In this document: positions 33,465 to 40,933 of the stretch, one piece after another
How positions within the stretch are numbered: the stretch's first letter is position 1
Layout of the letters: every line of letters begins with the position of its first letter
Source: an uncultured Bacteroidales bacterium
GTDB lineage: Bacteria; Bacteroidota; Bacteroidia; Bacteroidales; WCHB1-69
Reading direction: 5' to 3'
Assembly (NCBI GenBank): GCA_947165685.1
Contig: CAMVBK010000003.1
Span: forward strand, 39,299-103,298
Length of the DNA stretch: 64,000 nt
Program-made: the position numbers and the translations under genes
The notes under the pieces: model-generated
What the model saw: the letters and a program-made list of their open reading frames with translations, nothing else
The model's database searches: none
What the model was told of the DNA's origin: nothing

Positions 33465-34199
33465 TCACCTCCTCAGCTCGAAGTTCGATCCGAGATAGAC
33501 CTTTTTCACCACGGGGTCGGCGGCAAGTTCCTCGGCGGTGCCGTCCTTGAGCACGCGGCCTTCGAACAGGAGGTAGGCGCGGTCGGTGATGGAGAGGGTT
33601 TCGTGGACGTTGTGGTCGGTGATGACGACCCCGATGTGACGTTCCTTCAGTTTGCGGATGATGCCCTGGATGTCCTCCACGGCGATGGGATCGACCCCGG
33701 CGAAGGGCTCGTCGAGGAGGATGAACTTGGGGTCGGAGGCGAGGCAGCGGGCGATCTCCACGCGCCGGCGCTCACCGCCGGAAAGGTTGTTTCCCTTGTT
33801 CTTGCGCACTTTTTCGATGTTGAACTCCGCGATCAGGCTCTCCAGTTTCTCCTTTTGCTGGGCCTTGGTCATGCCGCTGAACTCGAGGATGGCCCGGATG
33901 TTGTCCTCCACGGTCAGCTGCCGGAACACCGATGCCTCCTGCGGCAGGTAGGCGATGCCCATCTGCGCGCGCTTGTACATCGGTTCCTCCGAAATGTCCT
34001 TGTCGTCGAGGAAGATGCGGCCCGAGAATGGTTTGATCAGCCCCACGATCATGTAGAACGAGGTGGTCTTGCCCGCGCCGTTCGGTCCGAGCAGCCCCAC
34101 GATCTCGCCCTGCGTGAAGTTGATGGAGACCTCGTTGACGACTGTCCTGCTCTTGTATTTCTTGACTAACTTGTCGGTGCGGATGACGTGGTTTTCCAT
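33465..34199 (-). CDS. lptB: LPS export ABC transporter ATP-binding protein
   Basis: Walker [10 protein letters not shown], signature [13 protein letters not shown], Walker [13 protein letters not shown]. 244 aa. Confidence 0.9.
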   Translation of the reverse strand: MENHVIRTDKLVKKYKSRTVVNEVSINFTQGEIVGLLGPNGAGKTTSFYMIVGLIKPFSGRIFLDDKDISEEPMYKRAQMGIAYLPQEASVFRQLTVEDNIRAILEFSGMTKAQQKEKLESLIAEFNIEKVRKNKGNNLSGGERRRVEIARCLASDPKFILLDEPFAGVDPIAVEDIQGIIRKLKERHIGVVITDHNVHETLSITDRAYLLFEGRVLKDGTAEELAADPVVKKVYLGSNFELRR

Positions 34200-34200
34200 A

Positions 34201-34605
34201 TCAGTTCTTTTCGATATACGTCTTCAGATATTGCAGGGCGGTGTCCATGAACTTGTCCACCAGCCCTTTGACCATGGGCTTCAGGAAGAACGGCACGTCG
34301 ATGTCGGCCTGTCCCCACAGACGGCTTTCCTCGCCGCACGGGGCGATGTCGAACGTCACTTTCGCCGAGACGGGCTTGTCGGTTTCCGCCATATAGACGA
34401 CCCGGCTGCAGGGCACCTGTTCGGCGAGGGTGAGCTGGCATTGGATTTGGTCCTGCACGTTGAAGCGGCAGCCGTTCTCCAGCCGCTCGAACCCCGTGAC
34501 CCCGGGGATGTTGTCCAACGGGTTTTGGAAGAACTGTGTCAGCACCCGATAGACCTTTTCGGCGCTGGCCTCGATGACCTGTTCTGAACTGTTGATTTGA
34601 AGCAT
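34201..34605 (-). CDS. Small SRPBCC-like protein (function unknown)
   Basis: 134 aa, tightly coupled upstream of lptB. The fold guess comes only from length and the alternating beta/alpha pattern. Confidence 0.35.
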   Translation of the reverse strand: MLQINSSEQVIEASAEKVYRVLTQFFQNPLDNIPGVTGFERLENGCRFNVQDQIQCQLTLAEQVPCSRVVYMAETDKPVSAKVTFDIAPCGEESRLWGQADIDVPFFLKPMVKGLVDKFMDTALQYLKTYIEKN

Positions 34606-34746
34606 ATCTTACTCGTTAAATGAACTTGCAAAAATACATTTTTTTCGAGGTGGAACGGCACAAGGGGATTTTTCCGCAGGGCTTGCGCGTCGTTTTTTTT
34701 GACTTGGACTATTGACGATGGCTCAAACTTCTGTGAACGCCTTTTT

Positions 34747-35211
34747 TTATTGCCTTTTTGGGCGAGCCGTCACAGGGGGGCGGCGCTTCCAAGCGTCGCC
34801 AAAATTACTAATTTCTAATTGCGGCAGCTTGTTGTTCGAGACCCTCCCGTCGGCGTAGTAGTAGCGCATCTCGCCGTTGCTGGAGAACACGCCCTCGTTG
34901 CCGAGAAATTGTCCTGACCCCGGCATGTCGTCCACCGAGCCAATCCCGTGCACAAAACCGACAAAGTCACGGTACCACGGAAAAAATACCTCCTCCCCGC
35001 TCGGGTCCACCCACTGCAGCGGGTTGTTCAAACAGTACGAGTACCGGTTGTAGCTCTGCGTGAAGTCGGGCAGTTGCACGAAATTGTCGGGGGAGAAGAA
35101 GCGGGCGATCACGGGGTCGTACAGGCGGCCGTTCATGTTGATGACCTTCAGGCCGTCGTAGTGCTCGTGGCCGGTGAAGTTATGTGTGTGATTTCTAACA
35201 ACTTTATTCAT
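34747..35211 (-). CDS. Orphan RHS core-end fragment with a short truncated tail
   Basis: FTGHEHYDGLKVINMNGRLYDPVIARFFSPDNFVQ..NRYSYCLNNPLQWVDPSGE. About 187 bp are near-identical to 37592-37778. The tail shares SSNGEMRYYxADGRVSNNKLPQ with ORF 35671-36384. Confidence 0.7.
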   Translation of the reverse strand: MNKVVRNHTHNFTGHEHYDGLKVINMNGRLYDPVIARFFSPDNFVQLPDFTQSYNRYSYCLNNPLQWVDPSGEEVFFPWYRDFVGFVHGIGSVDDMPGSGQFLGNEGVFSSNGEMRYYYADGRVSNNKLPQLEISNFGDAWKRRPPVTARPKRQ

Positions 35212-35216
35212 TTCCT

Positions 35217-35669
35217 TTATAAGACTTTCGCATTGATTAATAACGACAGCATAAAGAAAGCAACAATTATCATAGTATGTAAGAGGGCAATGGCTACAAC
35301 GAGAACCATCGGTAAGACTCTTTTCAAGTTTTCAATAGATTTAACAAAAGATTCCCCGGCATAAGACAAGAACACTTCCTTTTTTTTTGCTGATGATTTT
35401 ATGGTGTAATGATCGATTACAGACAGTGAAATTACAACTAAAAGCACACCTATAAAAACAAAAAGGTAATATTCACTGTAATATTGCAATACAAGATTTG
35501 GAAAGAAAAAAGGAACAATACTCCACAACACGATCCAAATATGAAATCCCAATAATCCCAAAGCACTTGATAGTGTGGAATACATTATTTCAAGAGAAAG
35601 CCATTGATACGCTCTACTAAGCCATTTCAACCACCATGAAAAGTGAATATTTTTTGCTTGAGAATCCAT
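35217..35669 (-). CDS. Putative immunity protein (polytopic membrane protein)
   Basis: Its ATG lies 2 nt after the upstream toxin stop. It has 3-4 hydrophobic helices and is AT-rich. Confidence 0.45.
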   Translation of the reverse strand: MDSQAKNIHFSWWLKWLSRAYQWLSLEIMYSTLSSALGLLGFHIWIVLWSIVPFFFPNLVLQYYSEYYLFVFIGVLLVVISLSVIDHYTIKSSAKKKEVFLSYAGESFVKSIENLKRVLPMVLVVAIALLHTMIIVAFFMLSLLINAKVL

Positions 35670-35670
35670 G

Positions 35671-36384
35671 TTAATACATCTTTCCAAAACCGCCGAAGCT
35701 ATCTGTTGATACGTCTAATATAAAATATGTAGTACTAATTGCAAATCCTAAAGGACCGCCAAAGACACCTAAACAAGTCATGGCAAAATCTATCCCGAAT
35801 TTTGTTGTTGCCTCCCATGAAAATCCATGATTGTTGGTATATGTAAATAAATCATATCCTTCAAGACCAATAGATACAGCTGCCAATCCATTTCCTGTCC
35901 ACTTTGCCACGCTTTTGAGTGCTTTACCTGACTGTCCGATAGAATGGTTATATCTCCATGTCCTTTTAGATTCAGAAAGATTTTTAAACTTACGCCATGT
36001 CCTAGCAGATTTATACTTGCTCCTGGCTGCAAATTCAATCAGATGATACTGCGTTCCAACAGAGACTGATAACCCGTTCAACCCGTTGATATATCCGGGA
36101 TTTATGGGAGCCATATATTGGAAAGTGGTAGAGAAGCTGCCCGTCTGTCCGGAGGGGTCGCCGATGCGGTAGAAGCCCGCGCCGCGCATGGGGAAAGAGG
36201 GGAAGGCAAGCTCCGATGGATTCCCCCGGTCGATGAACACCTGCGGCAGCTTGTTGTTCGAGACCCTCCCGTCGGCGAAGTAGTAGCGCATCTCGCCGTT
36301 GCTGGAGAAGCCGTGTGTCTCCGCGTATCGCACGGATCGCGCGGATAATTCCTCAGGGCTGTATGTTCGGGGCGGGTTCGTCAT
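35671..36384 (-). CDS. Orphan toxin module with a Gly-rich hydrophobic C-terminus (putative membrane-active toxin)
   Basis: The N-terminus shares the linker SSNGEMRYYFADGRVSNNKLPQ. The C-terminus GLAAVSIGLEG...FAMTCLGVFGGPLGFAISTTYFIL..FGGFG is glycine-zipper-like. ATG 36384 was chosen, with a -7 box upstream. Confidence 0.55.
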   Translation of the reverse strand: MTNPPRTYSPEELSARSVRYAETHGFSSNGEMRYYFADGRVSNNKLPQVFIDRGNPSELAFPSFPMRGAGFYRIGDPSGQTGSFSTTFQYMAPINPGYINGLNGLSVSVGTQYHLIEFAARSKYKSARTWRKFKNLSESKRTWRYNHSIGQSGKALKSVAKWTGNGLAAVSIGLEGYDLFTYTNNHGFSWEATTKFGIDFAMTCLGVFGGPLGFAISTTYFILDVSTDSFGGFGKMY

Positions 36385-36402
36385 TTTTCTACAATTCCGT
36401 CG

Positions 36403-36410
36403 CAAAAGTA
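36403..36410 (-). promoter_or_regulatory. -7 promoter box TActTTTG (minus strand) for the orphan toxin
   Basis: The plus strand reads caaaagta, 18 nt upstream of ATG 36384. Confidence 0.4.
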
Positions 36411-36525
36411 CGATTTATTTGGTTTGATGTGCGAAATTTGTAGCGTAATATATGAACACTTCTGATGGCTTCTGATGATTCGGTTGATTCTTCTGGCAAT
36501 TATGGCATTGACCACTCGTTTTGCA

Positions 36526-37197
36526 TTAAGGTTCAAAGATGTCATCGTCAAATTCAATGTCAAAGATATTACCTTGAGGAGATGTTGGGTCGTCTGATGT
36601 TTGTGTTTTAATCAACCACCGTTCGTCGAAAGAGGTTGGATAAGGACAGCGTTTTCTGTATTTCAATTTATCTTTTTCATAATATGGGGCTTTAAGAGTG
36701 TTGTATTTGAGAATCTCATATTCATTTGTTTTTTCATCAAAATAAAGCAGGGAGATGGAACCTTTCAATATTGAAATAATTTTGTTGCTGGCCAGTTTTA
36801 TATCTTCTATGATAATTTTTTTATCACAAGGAAGAACTTCATCTGAAAATGCCGCCACTAACCAAGCTGAAGACACACTGTTTGATTTTCGAATTGTTTC
36901 ATCACAAGTAATAAAGGGTATTGTGTCCTTGCTGTTGTTAAAAAGAAGGAAAAAAGGAGTCTTGTCGTTGTCTAACAATGATGAGTCTTCAGTTTGGATT
37001 TTCATATATAATAGGTGGTAATAGATTTGGTACAAATTAATGTTGAGTCTCACGGATGATTCCCCGATATAATTTACCCTATCGAATTCATCGTTTACAT
37101 ATACAACTTCTTTTACGGTTATTGCTGCTTGAGCATTCACTCGAACAGATAATACTGAAACAATAGACGCCATCAGCGCAACCAAGATCCTGTTCAT
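36526..37197 (-). CDS. Putative immunity protein (exported)
   Basis: Signal peptide MNRILVALMASIVSVLSVRVNAQA. Lies directly downstream of the RHS tail. AT-rich. Confidence 0.5.
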   Translation of the reverse strand: MNRILVALMASIVSVLSVRVNAQAAITVKEVVYVNDEFDRVNYIGESSVRLNINLYQIYYHLLYMKIQTEDSSLLDNDKTPFFLLFNNSKDTIPFITCDETIRKSNSVSSAWLVAAFSDEVLPCDKKIIIEDIKLASNKIISILKGSISLLYFDEKTNEYEILKYNTLKAPYYEKDKLKYRKRCPYPTSFDERWLIKTQTSDDPTSPQGNIFDIEFDDDIFEP

Positions 37198-37208
37198 ACG
37201 ACAATTGC

Positions 37209-37427
37209 TTAATACTTTTTATATAATTGAGGATTTCCACTGACGACTTTTTTGAATTTTGCACTGGTTTTGGCATATATTTCTTGTGCTCGTTGATAAG
37301 CGACAGCATAAGATTCTCTTTGGAAAGGTGTCAAATTATTGAATTCCACTATGCCTAATTCCTTACATTGTTTCATGTGCCCTATTTCATTATCATAACT
37401 GCTTTTTATATCGTAATAGTTGTCCAA
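37209..37427 (-). other. Out-of-frame continuation of the RHS toxin tail (72 codons)
   Basis: Starts (TTG) inside the T6 run at the end of ORF 37406-38188 and ends 11 nt before the immunity ATG. One extra T would fuse the two frames. Confidence 0.5.
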
Positions 37428-38188
37428 AAAAGAAAATTGCGAGAAATCATTCGCACACCATCGTTACCTACCCAAGACATGTTGTCCTTGATTTGATTCC
37501 AAAAATCACGATTGATGATGTGAATTTTACCATCATCAATCCCATCTGTGCCTAAAAACACGCCATATTGGTCAAAATAATCCCCAAACATCTCCCCGCT
37601 CGGGTCCACCCACTGCAGCGGGTTGTTCAAACAGTACGAGTACCGGTTGTAGCTCTGCGTGAAGTCGGGCAGTTGCACGAAATTGTCGGGGGAGAAGAAG
37701 CGGGCGATCACGGGGTCGTACAGGCGGCCGTTCATGTTGATGACCTTCAGGCCGGCGTAGTGCTCGTGGCCGGTGAAGCCGCGGTCGAAACGGAAGGTCT
37801 CTGCCAATTGGCCTGGCTCGCCCTCTGCAAACACCGTCCAGTCGGCATCGGTCTTCACGTTGCCCCACGGGTCGAAGTGCAAAGCGCGGACCACCTGCTT
37901 GCCGCTGTTGGTGATGTGCGTGTAGCTGCCGAAACGGTCGGGATGCACGTAGTACATACTGTCAATGCCGTTGCGGCGCACGCAGATGGCGGCGAGGCCG
38001 TTTACACCATAGACGTAGTTGTAATGGGTGGTCACCCCGCCGGCTTCCACCTCCTTCTCGTAGTTGGAGCTGATGTGGTAGCGGGTGCGCACCACATGCC
38101 CGTGGTATTTGAACACTGCCTTCACCCGCTGTCCGTCGGCACCGTACTCCAACAGGAACGGCTGCTTGATTACGTGTCGTGTTTTCAT
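37406..38188 (-). CDS. RHS repeat-associated core fragment plus short tail (probably frameshifted toxin gene)
   Basis: YYVHPDRFGSYTHITN..LHFDPWGN..FTGHEHYAGLKVINMNGRLYDPVIARFFSPDNF..NRYSYCLNNPLQWVDPSGE. Only about 200 aa of the shell are present. Confidence 0.75.
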   Translation of the reverse strand: MKTRHVIKQPFLLEYGADGQRVKAVFKYHGHVVRTRYHISSNYEKEVEAGGVTTHYNYVYGVNGLAAICVRRNGIDSMYYVHPDRFGSYTHITNSGKQVVRALHFDPWGNVKTDADWTVFAEGEPGQLAETFRFDRGFTGHEHYAGLKVINMNGRLYDPVIARFFSPDNFVQLPDFTQSYNRYSYCLNNPLQWVDPSGEMFGDYFDQYGVFLGTDGIDDGKIHIINRDFWNQIKDNMSWVGNDGVRMISRNFLFWTTITI

Positions 38189-38195
38189 GACTATG

Positions 38196-38525
38196 CTACT
38201 TTTTCACGATTTTCCAGGTCTCCGTTTTTCCGTTCAATGCGATGGTCAGCATATAAACTCCTGTTTTATACGCTGAAAGATCTATGGTTATCGTTGTTCC
38301 GGTAATCCACGCCTCTGAAAGCAGCTGTCCTGCCAGATTGGAAAGCCGGTAATAGCTGCCGGCAACAGGCTGCCCGAACTGCAACGATTTAGCATCGACC
38401 TCAATCGTGGATCGCAGAATGCGGTTGCCTGCGGCGTCGTAGTCATAGGTGCGGGGGAGGTTTTCCTGGGCGAGGCACGAAAGAACGATAAACGATGCCA
38501 GCGACAACACGATGATTTTCTTCAT
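38196..38525 (-). CDS. Mini-protein: signal peptide + single YD repeat + T9SS type-A C-terminal sorting domain
   Basis: MKKIIVLSLASFIVLSCLAQ, then TYDYDAAGNRILR, then YRLSNLAGQLL...IDLSAYKTGVYMLTIALNGKTETWKIVKK (Por secretion tail pattern). Its stop lies 7 nt before the RHS fragment ATG. Confidence 0.55.
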   Translation of the reverse strand: MKKIIVLSLASFIVLSCLAQENLPRTYDYDAAGNRILRSTIEVDAKSLQFGQPVAGSYYRLSNLAGQLLSEAWITGTTITIDLSAYKTGVYMLTIALNGKTETWKIVKK

Positions 38526-38741
38526 TGTTTCTTATTTCTTGAGATTTAATTGGGTGAGCTCCCGTAGGGGAAATTCCGCATATTCACCTTTCACCCAGTC
38601 TCCGGCAACAGTGCGAAGCCCACCAAACAGTATGAAAGAAAAATATCGCGGCAAAATTAATACAAAATACAATACACTAAGCCAAGCATTTTTCGAAAAA
38701 TTTCATACCAACAGCAACGGAGTGCTGTGCGGCCTTTCCGT

Positions 38742-40931
38742 TCAGCGGGTCACCACTACCCGTACGACTTCGCCCAGTGACGACCGCAGAAAATACACTC
38801 CCGCAGGAAGCCTCGACACGTCCAGCACCGCCGCTGTCTGCGCCGCGCCAGAAGCCATCACCAGCCGGCCATAAAGGTCGTAAACGGCAATCTGCTGCAG
38901 CGGGCGGTCGCTCTCGACATGCAACACGCCGCTTGACGGGTTTGGATAGACACGCAGCGAAGCCTGTTTTTCATACGTCCCCGCGGACGTGTGCGCTGGA
39001 GGAATCGCCCCGCGGAAAAAGGCCGCTCCGCCGGCATAGTTGCCGATTAACAGCTCGGGTCGCCCGTCGCCGTTGAGGTCGGCCGCTGCCGGAGCCGTTC
39101 TCCTGCCCTCACGGAAACCGTGCGCAGTTCCGGCAATGGTCTCTGCCAAGTTCGCCTCCGACTTCTCGAAAACACCCGACAGATTGCCGTCAATTTGCTT
39201 GTAATAAGCGATTTCGCCCTGCTCGCCCCCGCAGAACAACACGGTTCCGCGCTGCGCGTCCCGATAGAGGCACGGCACGCTGTAACCGAAATAGGACTGC
39301 GTGAAGTCGCGCATGTCAACCCCCCCAAGTGTGTCGGTGATCTTTTGGAAGACACTGGCTGCCGAGCCGTCACCCCGATAATAGGACAGCAGTCCGCGCC
39401 TGTTGCCTATGACCAAGTCCGCATTCCCGTCCCCGTCCAAATCGAAGCACTGCGGGGTTGCGCATTCGCCGACATCCACTCCCGCATAGTTCATCACCAC
39501 CGAAGCGTCCCCGAACAGCAGACGGTCGTGCGGCACCAACATTAAGGAGCCGTCTTGCAACCCGCAGAGCATATCCGGCTGCCCGTCTCCGTCAAAATCT
39601 CCGAAAGTGGGATGCAATGCATTGAGACCCATTGTTTTCAGATTCCCGAAGTCGCGGGTCTGCAACGAAAATGCCGGCATGGAGGATGTCCCGACATTCC
39701 GATAGTAGCTCACCGATGCCGAGAAATGGGAGGTCAGCCACCCGTTCACCACCTGTGCGCTGTCGAACCGGCCGTAGTTCCCGACAAACAAGTCCAGAAG
39801 CCCGTCTCCGTCAAAGTCGTAAAGCACGGGATGGCAGCCGCTGCCCACATCCAGCATCTCCCGTTGCAGGAAATCCGTCTGGGTGAGAATGTACTGCTGA
39901 ATCTGCGTGTCGTAATCGAAGACCCACACGCTGTTCAGATCCTGCGACTTGGTGAGGGAAGGGTCCGACGGCGACACCACAAGCGACGGGGCGTCATGTC
40001 CGGGCAGTGACACGAAGGATGCCGCCGGCATGGAGTAGAGCTTGATGGGCGTGAAAGTCGGAAACGCCGTGTCCTGCTCGGTCATCCGCGCATCCGAAAG
40101 CGTGCCGTGGTTATATAATAATATATTGTAAGGGGAATCGACATCGCCAAGCAGCAGGTCGGGCAGGCCGTTGCCGTCGAAGTCGTGCAACAGCATGGAG
40201 GAGCCGGTGTGCCGTGTAGGACCGTCGCCGGACTTGTCGGCGCAATCCGTGAAAAGGGTGACGACGTTGTTGTCGGCCGCCTCCGAAAAATGGCCCCAGC
40301 ATTCATTTTCCAAGCGGAAGTCAAACGGTTCGCCGTCGGAGGCGTAATTTCGCAGCTGATGGACATATCTGCCTAAAACCCAGAAGTTCAGGATGTCCAA
40401 GTGGCCGTCATCATCCACATCGTCCACCACCAAATAGTCGTCGGGGGAGGCGTAGATGTTAGTATAGCCGTTATAGTAGTAGGCCTGTAAGGCATCCGTG
40501 ACCGGGCGGAAGCGCAGCGTGTCTGTGGAAATGTTCTCGAAGACGCGGATGGAGGCGAGTCCGTAGGTGAAGATGTCGGGCTTGCCGTCATGGTTGTAGT
40601 CGTGGAGGATGGCCCAATCATGCAAATCCGGGAAACAATGCGCATACTGCGGCGCAAACACATAGTCATCGTCCCTGCGGAGAAACGGCAGAAGCCGGTT
40701 GCCGTGCTTCTCGAAGCCGAGGAGGTCGGGGGTGCCGTCCAAATCCAGGTCTATTTCCGAGAAACGCACGGAGTTGAGGCCGCCTGCCCACGGGAACTTC
40801 AACACGCGACAATTCTCTTCCACTTGGACGTGTCCGTCCCGCTCAAAGCCAAAGTCGTAAAAGGTATTCTGCGCGGCGAGGAAGCCCGGCAGAAGACAAA
40901 GGAGGAGACCAAAAAGGAGAGTCCGGCCCAT
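38742..40931 (-). CDS. FG-GAP/VCBS repeat protein with T9SS C-terminal sorting domain
   Basis: Signal peptide MGRTLLFGLLLCLLPGFLAAQ. Repeats include DFDGDGLLDLFVGN, DLDGDGNADLVIGN and DLNGDGRPELLIGN. The CTD is LRVYPNPSSGVLHVE...VYDLYGRLV...LPAGVYFL. Confidence 0.8.
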   Translation of the reverse strand: MGRTLLFGLLLCLLPGFLAAQNTFYDFGFERDGHVQVEENCRVLKFPWAGGLNSVRFSEIDLDLDGTPDLLGFEKHGNRLLPFLRRDDDYVFAPQYAHCFPDLHDWAILHDYNHDGKPDIFTYGLASIRVFENISTDTLRFRPVTDALQAYYYNGYTNIYASPDDYLVVDDVDDDGHLDILNFWVLGRYVHQLRNYASDGEPFDFRLENECWGHFSEAADNNVVTLFTDCADKSGDGPTRHTGSSMLLHDFDGNGLPDLLLGDVDSPYNILLYNHGTLSDARMTEQDTAFPTFTPIKLYSMPAASFVSLPGHDAPSLVVSPSDPSLTKSQDLNSVWVFDYDTQIQQYILTQTDFLQREMLDVGSGCHPVLYDFDGDGLLDLFVGNYGRFDSAQVVNGWLTSHFSASVSYYRNVGTSSMPAFSLQTRDFGNLKTMGLNALHPTFGDFDGDGQPDMLCGLQDGSLMLVPHDRLLFGDASVVMNYAGVDVGECATPQCFDLDGDGNADLVIGNRRGLLSYYRGDGSAASVFQKITDTLGGVDMRDFTQSYFGYSVPCLYRDAQRGTVLFCGGEQGEIAYYKQIDGNLSGVFEKSEANLAETIAGTAHGFREGRRTAPAAADLNGDGRPELLIGNYAGGAAFFRGAIPPAHTSAGTYEKQASLRVYPNPSSGVLHVESDRPLQQIAVYDLYGRLVMASGAAQTAAVLDVSRLPAGVYFLRSSLGEVVRVVVTR

Positions 40932-40933
40932 GG

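Noticed and set aside
37209-37427. The 72-codon ORF as an independent small gene (for example a second immunity protein).
   Set aside because: It has only a TTG start embedded in the preceding gene's homopolymer and no separate promoter. It ends exactly where a toxin tail should end, just before the immunity ATG. A frameshifted continuation of the toxin is more parsimonious, though not proven.
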